Origin: Vicugna vicugna
Lineage: Eukaryota
Assembly (NCBI GenBank): GCA_013265495.1
Contig: MU057651.1
Location: 2,334,948 to 2,394,947 of the forward strand
Length of the DNA: 60,000 nucleotides
Reading direction: 5' to 3'
The translations under genes and the position numbers were made by a program. The stretch's first letter is position 1, and each line of letters starts with the position of its first letter. The notes below the pieces were generated by a model. The model was not told where the DNA came from. It did not search any database and was given only the letters and a program-made list of their open reading frames with translations. Below, in pieces: positions 25,950 through 36,600 of the stretch.

Positions 25950-26570
25950 TGAAGGCTGGGCTGATCAATCTCATTAATTGGCCAAAGCTATTTATTTCTC
26001 CTCTAATAAACGCTTCTTAACGCAATTAATCTCCTTCCCAGAGCATATGTTGAATTCGGAGATCGCGCTTTTAACTGCAGAGGCACCCATGACGCGGGAA
26101 CGTGGCTATAACAGCAAATTCATTCTTTCCAGAACATTAGCCCGGAATTCTTAATCACCTCGCAGGAGCAATCAGGTCTGCACGGGAGGACAATGGCTAA
26201 GTCTCCGGCCCAATTTATTCTCTTACTCAGATACCCGCTGTAATTCGCAAGCTTGAAAGGTATCCGTTTTAAATTGGGAATTTAGAGGTCTTCTTGATGG
26301 AAAGCGGGGGACGTGGCAACGCTCTGATTCCAGGCATGTCTAATGGAAATCTTATTCCTCATGGTTATTTAATTGCTTGGATATTGTGTTCTTGGTTTCT
26401 GTAACCCATTACCTACTGTAACATCTTTATTTAAATGGCATCTCAGACCATCTTTTCAACAACCTATTAAAAAATAACTGAGTTGTCTATAATAAAGGAA
26501 CTCATTTATTAACAGTTCTAAATTGAATAAATTCCTCTTTCTCTTTTAGGTGGTCAACAAATTAAATAAT
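25950..26570. promoter_or_regulatory. Candidate conserved non-coding element
   Basis: Repeat-free, complex sequence rich in TAAT/ATTA motifs (cattaattgg, caattaatc, cttaatca, tttaattg); conservation inferred, not computed. Confidence 0.4.
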
Positions 26571-26759
26571 CAACCAAGGTTCAGAAAGCATCGTAGAGGT
26601 GGCAGTGGGGTGGGGAGGGGATTGTATGCCTAGAATTGACCGGTCCTGGGCATCCTTACAAAGACTGATACAGAAGAACGTAGATCTCTTACGCCTTCTC
26701 CTGTTCATTTCTTTATATATCCAATCCCCAGTTCCTGCATTGTCATCCCCAATACTCGA

Positions 26760-26875
26760 TTTAAAAATCTGATTCGTAGGCGTTATTAATACATTCTGAA
26801 AATGAGTCGTGTGTGATCTTTATGTATTCGGGAAACGACTGCGTGTATTTTTATGTATTTGTGAGAGAATTTGAA
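26760..26875 (+). repeat. 116-bp direct duplicate of 28293-28408
   Basis: Ungapped manual alignment, about 12 mismatches in 116 bp. Confidence 0.92.
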
Positions 26876-27448
26876 AATGCAACTCTAGCGGAGTTTCCAG
26901 GGGAAAAGAAGGCATTCTAAATTTACAGAGAAGAGAATGTGGCATCAGAGACACTTGCACGGGGGCAGCCGATGCCTTGAAGAACATTCAGCAAAACGAA
27001 GGGTCCAGCTCACCACTACGGAATAAAAGGCGGGCAGAACTTCTTCGGTGTCTTGATAATGGACCAGGATTGCAGATCCTCACGGCGAGGGTCACTGCCT
27101 TCCCCACCACCCCTCTGCACTCTCTTCCTTCTTTTCCAATGCCCAAGGGTCAGATCTTCCCTTTGGAGGAGTTAGCCGGCATAGGCGTGTTTGTTTGGTT
27201 AAAAAAAGACACTTCCTTTTCTGAAAAAAAAAAACAAAACTAAAATCCATTTTCAGATTTTGTTACATGACAAGAGTCAAAACTTGGGAAACACAATCCT
27301 TAAAGTTACATCAGTTGGGAAATGAGTAAGTCAAAAATGATGTAATAATACTATAGACAATTACACATTTTTTTTTTTTTTTACCAGAGTGAAGCAGAAC
27401 TGAATGCTTGAAGCTGGAGAATTGTTCACGACATCCTCAATTGTTCTT

Positions 27449-27557
27449 TCTTTTTTTAAAATTTACTTTTTTTTTCTTTAATGGAGGTGCTGGGGATGGA
27501 ACCCAGGACCTCGTGCATGCTAAGCACGTGCTCCACCCCTGAGCTACACCCTCCCCC
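27449..27557 (-). mobile_element. tRNA-Ala-derived SINE (Vic-1 type) with TSD
   Basis: atggaggtgctggggatggaacccaggacctcgtgcatgctaagcacgtgctccacccctgagctacaccctccccc; TSD tcaatt(g/t)ttctt at 27437-27448 and 27559-27570. Confidence 0.92.
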
Positions 27558-27569
27558 TTCAATTTTTCT

Positions 27570-29700
27570 TAACTGTTGAGTAGATACAATGTTATAAATA
27601 TACACAAAGAATAAGGAATACCCAACCAACAGCCATGACCTCACTTGGCACTTCAGGAAGAACAAGTATCATCATGACTTTGAGGTCATCTCCTAACTTC
27701 ATCTCCTTCTGTCCCTGCTCAGCGTAAATCGCAGTCTTGAAATCTGAGTTTATTTCCCTATGTTCCTTAGGAAATGACGCTCATTTCTCAACATCTATTA
27801 ATAGTCTATCTGCTTTTGGACTTCACAGGAATAAAAGTACCCCTGTGACAGTCTTTGTGACTTACTTTTTCCTCCCAAGAATCAGTTCATGACATTCATC
27901 CGTTTTTTTTTTTATTATTATCGAAGTTCAGTCAGTTACAACGTGTCAATTCCATCCACATTGACCTGTAACGTATAGTTAGTTCATTTCCGCGCAGCGA
28001 AGTATCCCGTTGTAAGCACATGCCACAGGTTTTTAAAAAAATATTCACTTGCCAGTGGACCTTCTGGTTTCTTACAGCTTTTTTTTTTTTTCCCACAAAG
28101 AGTGATACTAGTGTGTATGCTCTGAATACTCTGCTTTTTCCAGTCTGGTGATAGGACAGCATGGCTTTGATTTGCGGTGACCTAATTATCAGGGAGGCCG
28201 AACACCTTTCCATGGGTTCATAGCCATGTACGTTCCCTTTGGCAGGTGCCTATTCAAACCTTTTGTCATTTTTCTGTTGCTTCATGATCCACTTTGAAAA
28301 CCTGATTTGTAGGAGTTACTAACACGTTCTGAAAATGAGTCGTGTGTGTTCTTTATGTATTCGGGAAATGACTATATGTATTTTTATGTATTTGTGAGAG
28401 AATTTGAAGCTTGCCTTTTCACTCTCTTTATAGAAGCTTTAAAAAAATTTTTTTTTCCTTCTTAAAATGTGTCACAAAAATGTGCTGTTCATGTCAAAAC
28501 TGTCCTTACCTTAAGATCAAGAAGAGAGTTTTCTGTATTTGCTTCTGAAACAAAAGTGTGGTGCTTCACAATCTGGTCTTTGCTGGTTTGATTTTATAGG
28601 AATGGATTGAGGAAAAGGTTAACTTTCATTTCTTTTCCTTATGTAGGTAACGGGTTATTCCCTCATTATGACTTCTTGAAAAATCTTCCCTTCTCTATTA
28701 TTTGCAATTTTAGCTCCATTATAAATTTTTCCACTTATGCATAATTCTGTTTCTAGGTTCTATATTCTTTTCCATTGATCAATTTGACTATTGCTGTACT
28801 AATAACAGACCATCTTAATCACTACATTATTCATAATAATTCTTGTTATCTGACAATGAATATGGTCCCCTATTTTGTATTATTATCTTGGCTACACTAA
28901 ACTTTTGGATCCTTTCCACATAAACACTAGAAACATCCTTTCAAATTCTTTAAAAAGGCAGAGCTTTGATTGAATTCCTCAATCAATCTGGAAAACTGAC
29001 GTCTTTAAAATACTGAGTTATTCAATCCATGAACATGGTACATCTCTCTGCTTAAAACTATGATGGTATGTTTATCTATTTTTCCTTCCAGGCCTGTGTG
29101 TGCATTTATATTTCTATCTTATGAGGCTGTTTCTTACTTTGCAAGTTTAGAATTGTTATATTTTCCTGATGATGATGTAGTAATTTTCTTATTCTGTCCT
29201 AATTCCCTTTACCTTAGAGTCTCTTTTGAATGATAGGAATATAGCTGCATTTTGTTTTGGTCTCTTTTTGGCTACTGTTATCTTTTCCCACAGTTTCCTT
29301 TTCAATCCTTTGGAAATCTTCTGTCCTGTGTCCACTATAAAAAGCATACACCTTGGTTTACTTTTGAAGGCCACCCTCAAAACCTAGTTGAATCTCAATT
29401 AGAGAAGTTAGTCTATTGAAGTTTATTTAAAGAAGCATCATATTCTGATTTCATTCTATCATTTTGCATTTTCTGTGTTCTGCTTTTTTAAAGTATTTTC
29501 TTGTTTCCTTTTAAATTCAGTGCTTTTTTTTTTCTTTGCTAATAGTTGGAAAGTTACATACCTTATTCCTATTTCTTTTGTGGTCACCATAGAAGTTAAA
29601 ATATGCACACTTAACACATAAAGTTAATAAATATTTTTACCTCAATTCAGAAACTGTTAGGACCTGAGAACACATCAGCTCCACCCTCTTCCTCCTGGTT
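27570..29700 (-). mobile_element. Ancient L1 relic (3' UTR and ORF2 fragments) with a tiny nested younger L1 3' end at ~27903-27950
   Basis: ORF 27932-28213 MERCSASLIIRSPQIKAMLSYHQT is a degenerate ORF2 C-terminus; antisense ORF2 sequence such as ttctgtttctaggttctatattcttttccattgatc. Confidence 0.8.
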
Positions 29701-30069
29701 TACATGCAGCTGAAGCCCCACAAAACCTGGGGCCAACGCTCAGAACTCATCTGGGTGATACTTCTCCTGAAGCTGAAGTTCACTTCCAGTTTTTTTCCCC
29801 AGTCCCACCACTGTTCTCCCGGGCTCTTCCATCACCAGCTTTGGATGGAATCGGATTGCTCATCCACAGGCTTTTGTGAAACCGAGGAAAGTGGCAAGAG
29901 GACGCCACTTCACTTGGATGAAAATGACGAAGGAATATTCTCCCTGAATCTCCCCTGCCCCTGGCTAAATCCAGTCCACCTGGGCTCGGCATGCAGCGAT
30001 CAAGACCTGGGTCTACCAGCTTCTTCTCAGCTTGGGGGCTCCAACTGGCTGTAAGAATATTCTGAAGTC

Positions 30070-30175
30070 CTTTTCAGAGAGGGGAACTCTGAGGCTCCGA
30101 GAGGAAGTGACTGAGGTCACCCGGGAGTCAGTTGGCAGAACCAGAAATAGACATCAGGTCTCACTCAGTTCAGAC
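30070..30175 (-). mobile_element. MIR fragment
   Basis: ttttcagagagg...ctgaggctccgagaggaagtgact...ggtcacc...ggcagaaccag. Confidence 0.6.
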
Positions 30176-31896
30176 AAGGCAGCATGCACTGCTTTGATGC
30201 TGTCGGAGACAGACGGAGAGAGAGAAATTCAGCACCCACCATATTTGTGATATAGATGCAACACAACAATGTCCCTAAGAACGCGTCTCTTTCCTCCTTT
30301 CCCCTCAAGCCCTTCTGAAAACCCTCTGCTAACTGGGTTTAGCACAAGGACCTTTCCATCTAGAAGGATCCGAGGGGTGAGATGCACAGCTGCCCTTCTC
30401 ACAGCGGCTACCCACAGCTGGTAATTTCCGCTGCGCTCGGGCTGCGCCCCTGGGCCGCTCCTTGCCCTGGGTGCTGAGTGTGGGAAAATTCTGCGTGGGA
30501 GACTTCTTTCTTGAGCGCTTGGGGACTGTGCCACCGCGGGCTGCTTCCTCCTGAGGACACCAGCCTGCATCTGCCTCTGTGTGAGGGACAGCCCTGATAT
30601 GGGGTCAAGACGACTTTTGGACACCAGGAGGAGAAGGCACGCTTTTGACCTGCCTCTCCCCCAGCTCTGAAAGCCCTCAGTCAGGGCCTCAGAGATGACA
30701 GCAACTGTGGAATATTCAAGAAGAGGTTAGATCGAGAACCTCTGGAGGAGAGGCTGGGCTCTCCTTGGCTCCTTCCCCAGTGGAGCAGCCAGAGACCCTC
30801 CATGCTGTCCTCCTGTAAAGGGACCAAAGCCCATGCAACGAGGTACAGTTTCGCCTTCAGATTGTCTCTCTTTCCCAGAAATAAGAGGTTACAGAGAAAA
30901 CACGAATGGAATCTAAATCTGGTAAGATTTGCAGAACCTCAAGGTTTCGCTGGGTCAGGAACAGAGTAAAAATAGTCTCTCAGGATGAATCCCGGCCAGG
31001 GAAGGAGACCAGTGAAGGGCCAGAAAATGCACAGTAAAATTTCACTTTTTCCAACTTCCTACTTGGTTTCATGGTTTTTCTCTGACTCATTTGTTTCTCC
31101 CACCATCTTCATGGCATGACCGAGGAGCCAACTAGGACACCAGAATCCAGGGGACGGCAGAGCAGGGAGTTTTCAAAGGTCTGCTCATCAAATCTGCGGT
31201 GAAGATGGATCCCGGAAGACGACCTTTCACCCACAGAGCCGGCCAAACCAATTCCTATAACGCAGGACCTCACCCTTTGGCACCAAATACGGCCACAAAG
31301 CAAGCCCAGAGGGCAGACGCAAGAAACCAAGGGGAGGAATGACCCAGGGTCACTTAATTCCCCTGGACTCTTCCAAGTGTCCCAGACAGGCAAGTGGCTC
31401 TCTTATTTCTGGAAATCTCCAGGATGGAGACATCCCTGCTTCCCCGGACAGCCACTTCCTGTGTGTGTGGACACTTCTGTTCGTTTCCCTTGGGGTGATC
31501 CAACCTGTTTCCACCCAGTTCCTCATTCTCTCCAGAAGCTTCTACTATATTCTGGGTCATAGACTCAAGCAGAGGGACTTGAAGATTCCATTTATCTGTC
31601 TTGGCGGCCGTAGTCATGTCTTTGGAAAGCACTGTCTGAAGGAAGCCAACTGCTTGAGGTCAGAAACAGGGGCAGTAACTCACGCTCGGGAGTGATTCTC
31701 TCTTAGGACCGTAAGTCAAGTTCTCCAGGTTGCCAGGAACAGAGGCCCACTCGAGCTGCCTTACGTAAAACTTTTGCTTCCATTTCCTTTGCTTTCTTTG
31801 CTTCTTTACTATGAAGGCAAGAAGGATGTCTTGCGGTTCCCCGAAGCAGAGAGGTACCCCACATTGAGCCCAGCCGGGAACCTTGGTTTCTCCGTC

Positions 31897-32630
31897 ATCC
31901 ACTCATTATAGAATCATGCAGAGTAGTTTCCTGGCCCTAAAATCCTGTGTGTTTTAACTATTTATCTTTCTCTGCCCCCTCTAAACTTTGATAACTCAAG
32001 GATTGTTTTTTAAATTGTCTCCATATTTTTGCCTTTTCCAGGATGTCATGTAGGTGGAAGCACACAATATGCAGCCTCATCAGATCAGTTTCTTTTGCTT
32101 AATAATATACATTTAAGATTCCTCCAAGTCTTTCTGTGGCTCGATGGCTCATCTCTTTTTAGTGCTGCGTAACACCCATGGTCTGGATGGACCACGGTTC
32201 ATGGAAACACTCACCTCCTGGAGGGCATCTTGGTTCTTCCAAGTTTTGCCGAATCTGTATAAAGCTGCTGTACCTAAACACGTGCAGGTTGGTGTGGAGT
32301 GATGTTCTCAGCTCATTTGGATGAACACCAAAGAGCACAATTGCTGGGTTACATGATGAGAGTATGTTTCGTTTTGTAAGAAACTGTCGAGCTGGCTTCC
32401 AACGTGGCTGTACCGTTTTGCGATCCCGCCCGCCGCGAAGGACATTCCTGTGGCTCCACCTCTTCACCAGCACTTGGCGTTGTCAGTACTCCAGATTTCG
32501 ATCATTTAAATACGTATGTTGTTGTCTTGATTTGCAATTCCCTACCGACACATGATGTTGAATGTTTTTTCATACGTTTGTTTTCCATCTGTAGCCCTTC
32601 TTCGGTGACACGTCTGTACATCCATGCCTT
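31897..32630 (-). mobile_element. L1MC-like 3' UTR and ORF2 end
   Basis: ORF 32159-32473 contains TVQPRWK...QFLTKRNILSSCNPAIVLFGVHPNELRT (L1 ORF2 C-terminus); ttttgccttttccaggatgtcat is a typical 3' UTR motif. Confidence 0.85.
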
Positions 32631-33957
32631 TTGCTCGAATGAGGTTTCGGACAGCAGACTCGGTAAGGGTGTTTCTGCATGGAATTATTGCAGGCCTTCC
32701 TTGTTAGTTCATTTTTATTTTGAATCCGTTTTCTCCAAAACTAAAATTACGTCCCCATTTTACAAAACTAAAACCAAACTGAGCTCAAGGATTGGATTTG
32801 TCACTAGTCACAGAGCCTCTGAATTGACATTGTTTAAACTCATTATTATTTTTAGAGGCATCCTGAATGTCTTTTTAAATTTGGAAGCTATGTTTATATC
32901 TTTTTCCTCAGTGAATAAGTCACAGTTCAATACGTGATGACTTCTAATTTCTTGAGTATTAGAGGATACAAGCCATTGGATCCAGTTGCACTGAATAAAA
33001 TCATCTTTTACTTTCAAAAGTACTTTTTCAGTAGCTTCCTTTCCAATTATAGCCTACATTTCATCTTTCTAACGTAGAAAGTTTTAGCTTTCAGGTGACA
33101 GGTTTTTTTGTTTTGTTTTGTTTTTTAGGAAGCAAATAAAACCCATGAAAATTTCCCAACTTCTTAATTTTACACTAAAGTTTTATTTTTATCAACTGGA
33201 TGAAAAACTTGCACTTTTTAAACACACTAACAAAAAATGGTAACAGACATTTTAATATAAAATTGTTTCAGGGAAAGAAAATACATTTAAGTAAATAATC
33301 ATGGATTATAAAACACACCAGGGTTCCTCTTATGGATAAATCCAAATATCTCAAAATGCAATGACAATGACATTAAGATATGACACCAAAAGCACAACCA
33401 ATGAAAGAAAAACACAGGTAAGTTGGACTTTGTCAAAATTTTAAAATTTTGTGCATCAAGAAATCAAGATCACTATCCAGAGAGTGAAAAATGGGCCAAA
33501 ATATTTGCAGATCGTGTATCTGATATGATTCTGGATACTAAAATATATAAAGTCTAGTACATGTGCAGATCTAAAGTATTCAGAATTTATTTTTAAAAAA
33601 ACCACTTATAACTCAACAGCAAAAAGATGCACAACCCAATTTGAAAATGAATAAAGGACTTGAACAGGCCTTTCTCCAAAGAAGATACACAGATGGCCAC
33701 CAAACATATGAAAAGACGCTCCGCGTCATTAGTCATCAGGGAAATGCAGACAAAAGCCACAAAGAGGTATCACCTCACAACCACTAGGGTAGATACAATT
33801 CAAAAAATGGAAACGAGTGAGGGTCAGGGAGGGCGTGGAGAAATTGGAACATTTATACACGACTGGTAGGAATTCAAAATGGTGCGGCTGCTATGGAAAA
33901 GGGTTTACCAGTTTCTCAGTTAGTTCCGCATTGATCTGCCATATAAGCCAGCCATTC

Positions 33958-34205
33958 TGACGTGGGGGTGGGGTGGGGACAGAGCTCAGCCACTGAAGCA
34001 AGGACACAGCCATTGGGGACAAGCTGGTTACAACCAAGATGGCGGGAGACTTGACTTCCAGTTGACCATGAGCCACGGGCACCATGACTGTTCGTAGGCT
34101 GACCTTAAAAGGTCCAAGAGTGGGTGGGGGCCCGAGTCCTAGAATTCCCTGCCCTTTCCCCAACATAGTTGGAATAACCATCCAGCTCATTAGCATGTGA
34201 GATTA
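33958..34205 (+). mobile_element. Truncated ERV1 (MER41-like) LTR nested in L1
   Basis: Begins with TG right after L1 sequence; aaccaagatggcg, caccatgactgtt and gaataaccatcc...ttagcat resemble MER41-group LTRs (from recall). Confidence 0.6.
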
Positions 34206-34535
34206 AAACCAAATGGTCCATCACACACACAACAGATGAATAAACAAAATATCCGTAGGCTGGGATGCTGTTCAGCTATAAAAAAGGAACGAACTGGGGG
34301 ACACGCTACAACCCGGATGAACGTCATTCTCAACACCATGGCGCTAAGGGAAGGTAACCAGACACAAGAGGTTCACACACTGTATGGTTCCGTCCGTAGG
34401 AATTATCCGTAATAGACAAGTCAATGGAGAGAGAACGGAGATTCCCAGTTGCCAGCGGTTGGGGGAAGCAGCGAATGGGAGCGACTGCTCAATGGATATG
34501 GGGCTTCCTTGGGTGATGAAAAGGTTCCAGAAATA

Positions 34536-34665
34536 TCTTACGGTGAAAAAGAATATGAAAACGAATTATCTGTGTGTCCACGTATGACTGAAGCACTGGG
34601 GTGTGCGCCAGACATGGACACCACGTTGGAAACTGACTATACTCCAATAAAAATATATATTTTTT
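34536..34665 (+). mobile_element. Young short L1 3' end nested in the older L1
   Basis: ggtgaaaaagaatatgaaaacgaa...aactgactatactccaataaaa; TSD aaaggttccagaaata (34520-34535) and aaaagttctagaaata (34666-34681). Confidence 0.9.
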
Positions 34666-34777
34666 AAAAGTTCTAGAAATAGTGTGATGTTTGCACAACA
34701 TGCTGAATGTACTTAATGCTTCTGGATTGCACACTTTAAATTGGTTACAGGTAAATTTTACGTTACTTGTATTTGAC

Positions 34778-34799
34778 CACACACACACACACACACACA
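34778..34799 (+). repeat. (CA)n microsatellite
   Basis: About 11 CA units. Confidence 0.95.
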
Positions 34800-35689
34800 A
34801 ATAGCCAAATGCTTCGAAAGCATAATTTAAATGTTTCCTTAGTCAATTTTATTTCAGGAACTAGTAAAAGTAGGGCTTTTCTGTGTCTTAAGCTTCTTGT
34901 CTATGGAAGGAGGGAGTTGGAATGTTTCTCACTTTCATCTCATGTTCTAAAACAGTATTTTATTTATTATAGTGGTTTGAAAAGTATGTCTTTTTTTTTT
35001 TTTAGATAATTTGGCTTCCATAAGCATGTGTTAAGTCTGGGGGTGCAAAACGTGTCTTAGATTCATCATAAATTCTGCCAGAGATGTATTTATGAGTTCT
35101 TCTAAATTTTGCAGGTCAAGGTTTTTTTCACCGGTGTGCAAGAAACTGTCTTTCAGTTTTCTGATACAGTTGTTAGTCATGTCAAAATGTGTGCCCCTAA
35201 CTCTCTCAGACTCATGTATGTCTTAGATTCAAATTAATTTTCAAAGCAGCCTTTGCTTCCTATATATTTTTATTTTTCCTTAAGATTGAATCAATTATTA
35301 TGACAGTTTCCCACATAACTTCGACTCAGCCTACGTTCTTCTTGATGCTTTTTTTTAATTTTAAGAAGCAAATCAAATGAGCTGTCTCAGCTACACGTTT
35401 TAAATGTACAGAGCTTTGTTGATAACATTAAGCATTACTAATGAGGAATAATGCAATGCAGTGGAAGAATACAGAAAATTATCAGGAAGAAACTATAAAT
35501 TACTCAAAAACCTCTCACCCACAGGTGAGAGCCTTTTGGACGTATGTGTGGAGTATCTGTGAACTGCTTGAAACTGTGGCAATCTGAGCTTTCGCTCACC
35601 TGTGCACTGTGGATGGCTTTGCATCTCAGAAAAGCATTTACACCTACTTTTACGGCTCCCAAGTACTCGTGTATGGGAACGTATCAAAT

Positions 35690-36600
35690 TTAATCCTCTC
35701 TTGCAATGAGTATTGAGTTTGTTTTCAATTTCTGTTTCTAAAAAACCTCATTTTCCAAGGAACAGTACACACACACACATTTCTTGAGCATGTGTTCCCT
35801 GAAGTTACAAAGTAAAAGTACATATTTTACATCTGGATTCACATCATTTGAATGCCACCAAGGAGCCCCAATTTCTCACCCCCTTGACAACAGTCTTTGA
35901 GATGCGAGGAACAAAGAGCCGGATCCCACAATTTATTTTAATTTTCAGTTTTTAACCTCTGCTAAAGCTGAATCTTTTCCCTGCATTCAGTGGCCTTTTT
36001 AATTTCTTTGGTATGTTGTATAATTAAGTTCCCTGCCCTTTGTTTACTGAGTTATTTCTTCTTCTTTTCTTATTAATTTGCAAGAGCTCTTTGTATATGA
36101 GCAGACGTAACCCTTCATTCATTATTCACGGCAAATATTATCTCAAAATATCTCTTGTACTTAAACGGTGGTCCCCTTGGCTTCTTTCTCTTTCTTTCTT
36201 ATGAAACAGTGTCACAGAAATTTTCAAATAGATACAAAAATATAATGAACCCCCATAGAGCCATCACCCCTCCATTAACAATGATCAAAGATATTACCAA
36301 CCTGGCTTCATCTCTCAACTGCTTTTTTTTTTTAAATTTATGATTATTGTTGGTGTTGTTCTGTTCTGCTGGGGTATGTGAAAGCACAGCTCATTTCATC
36401 CATCCACACATCAGTACACGTCTCGAATTAACAAGAACCTTTTGCCACGTAGCCACGTGCCGTTCGCCCTGCCCATCCGCCTTTCATTCTAAGAAAATTT
36501 CACTTACCACGTGAAACCCTGTTGAATGACACAGACCCATGTCAAAACACCATCCCCGGGTCAGCTCCCTGAGGCCGTGCCTAATTTTTTTTTCCTGTCT
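35690..36600 (-). mobile_element. Ancient L1 fragments
   Basis: taatttgcaagagctctttgtatat...ggcaaatattatctc (antisense ORF2) and atataatgaacccccat (L1ME-like 3' end); approximate. Confidence 0.5.

Larger units (their letters stand above)
33370..34780 (+). mobile_element. Old L1 (L1MB-like) ORF2 end and 3' UTR, interrupted by two nested elements
   Basis: ORF 33660-33869 NRPFSKEDTQMATKHMKRRSASLVIREMQTKATKRYHLT; 3' end ctgaatgtacttaatgc...cactttaaattggtta. Confidence 0.9.
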
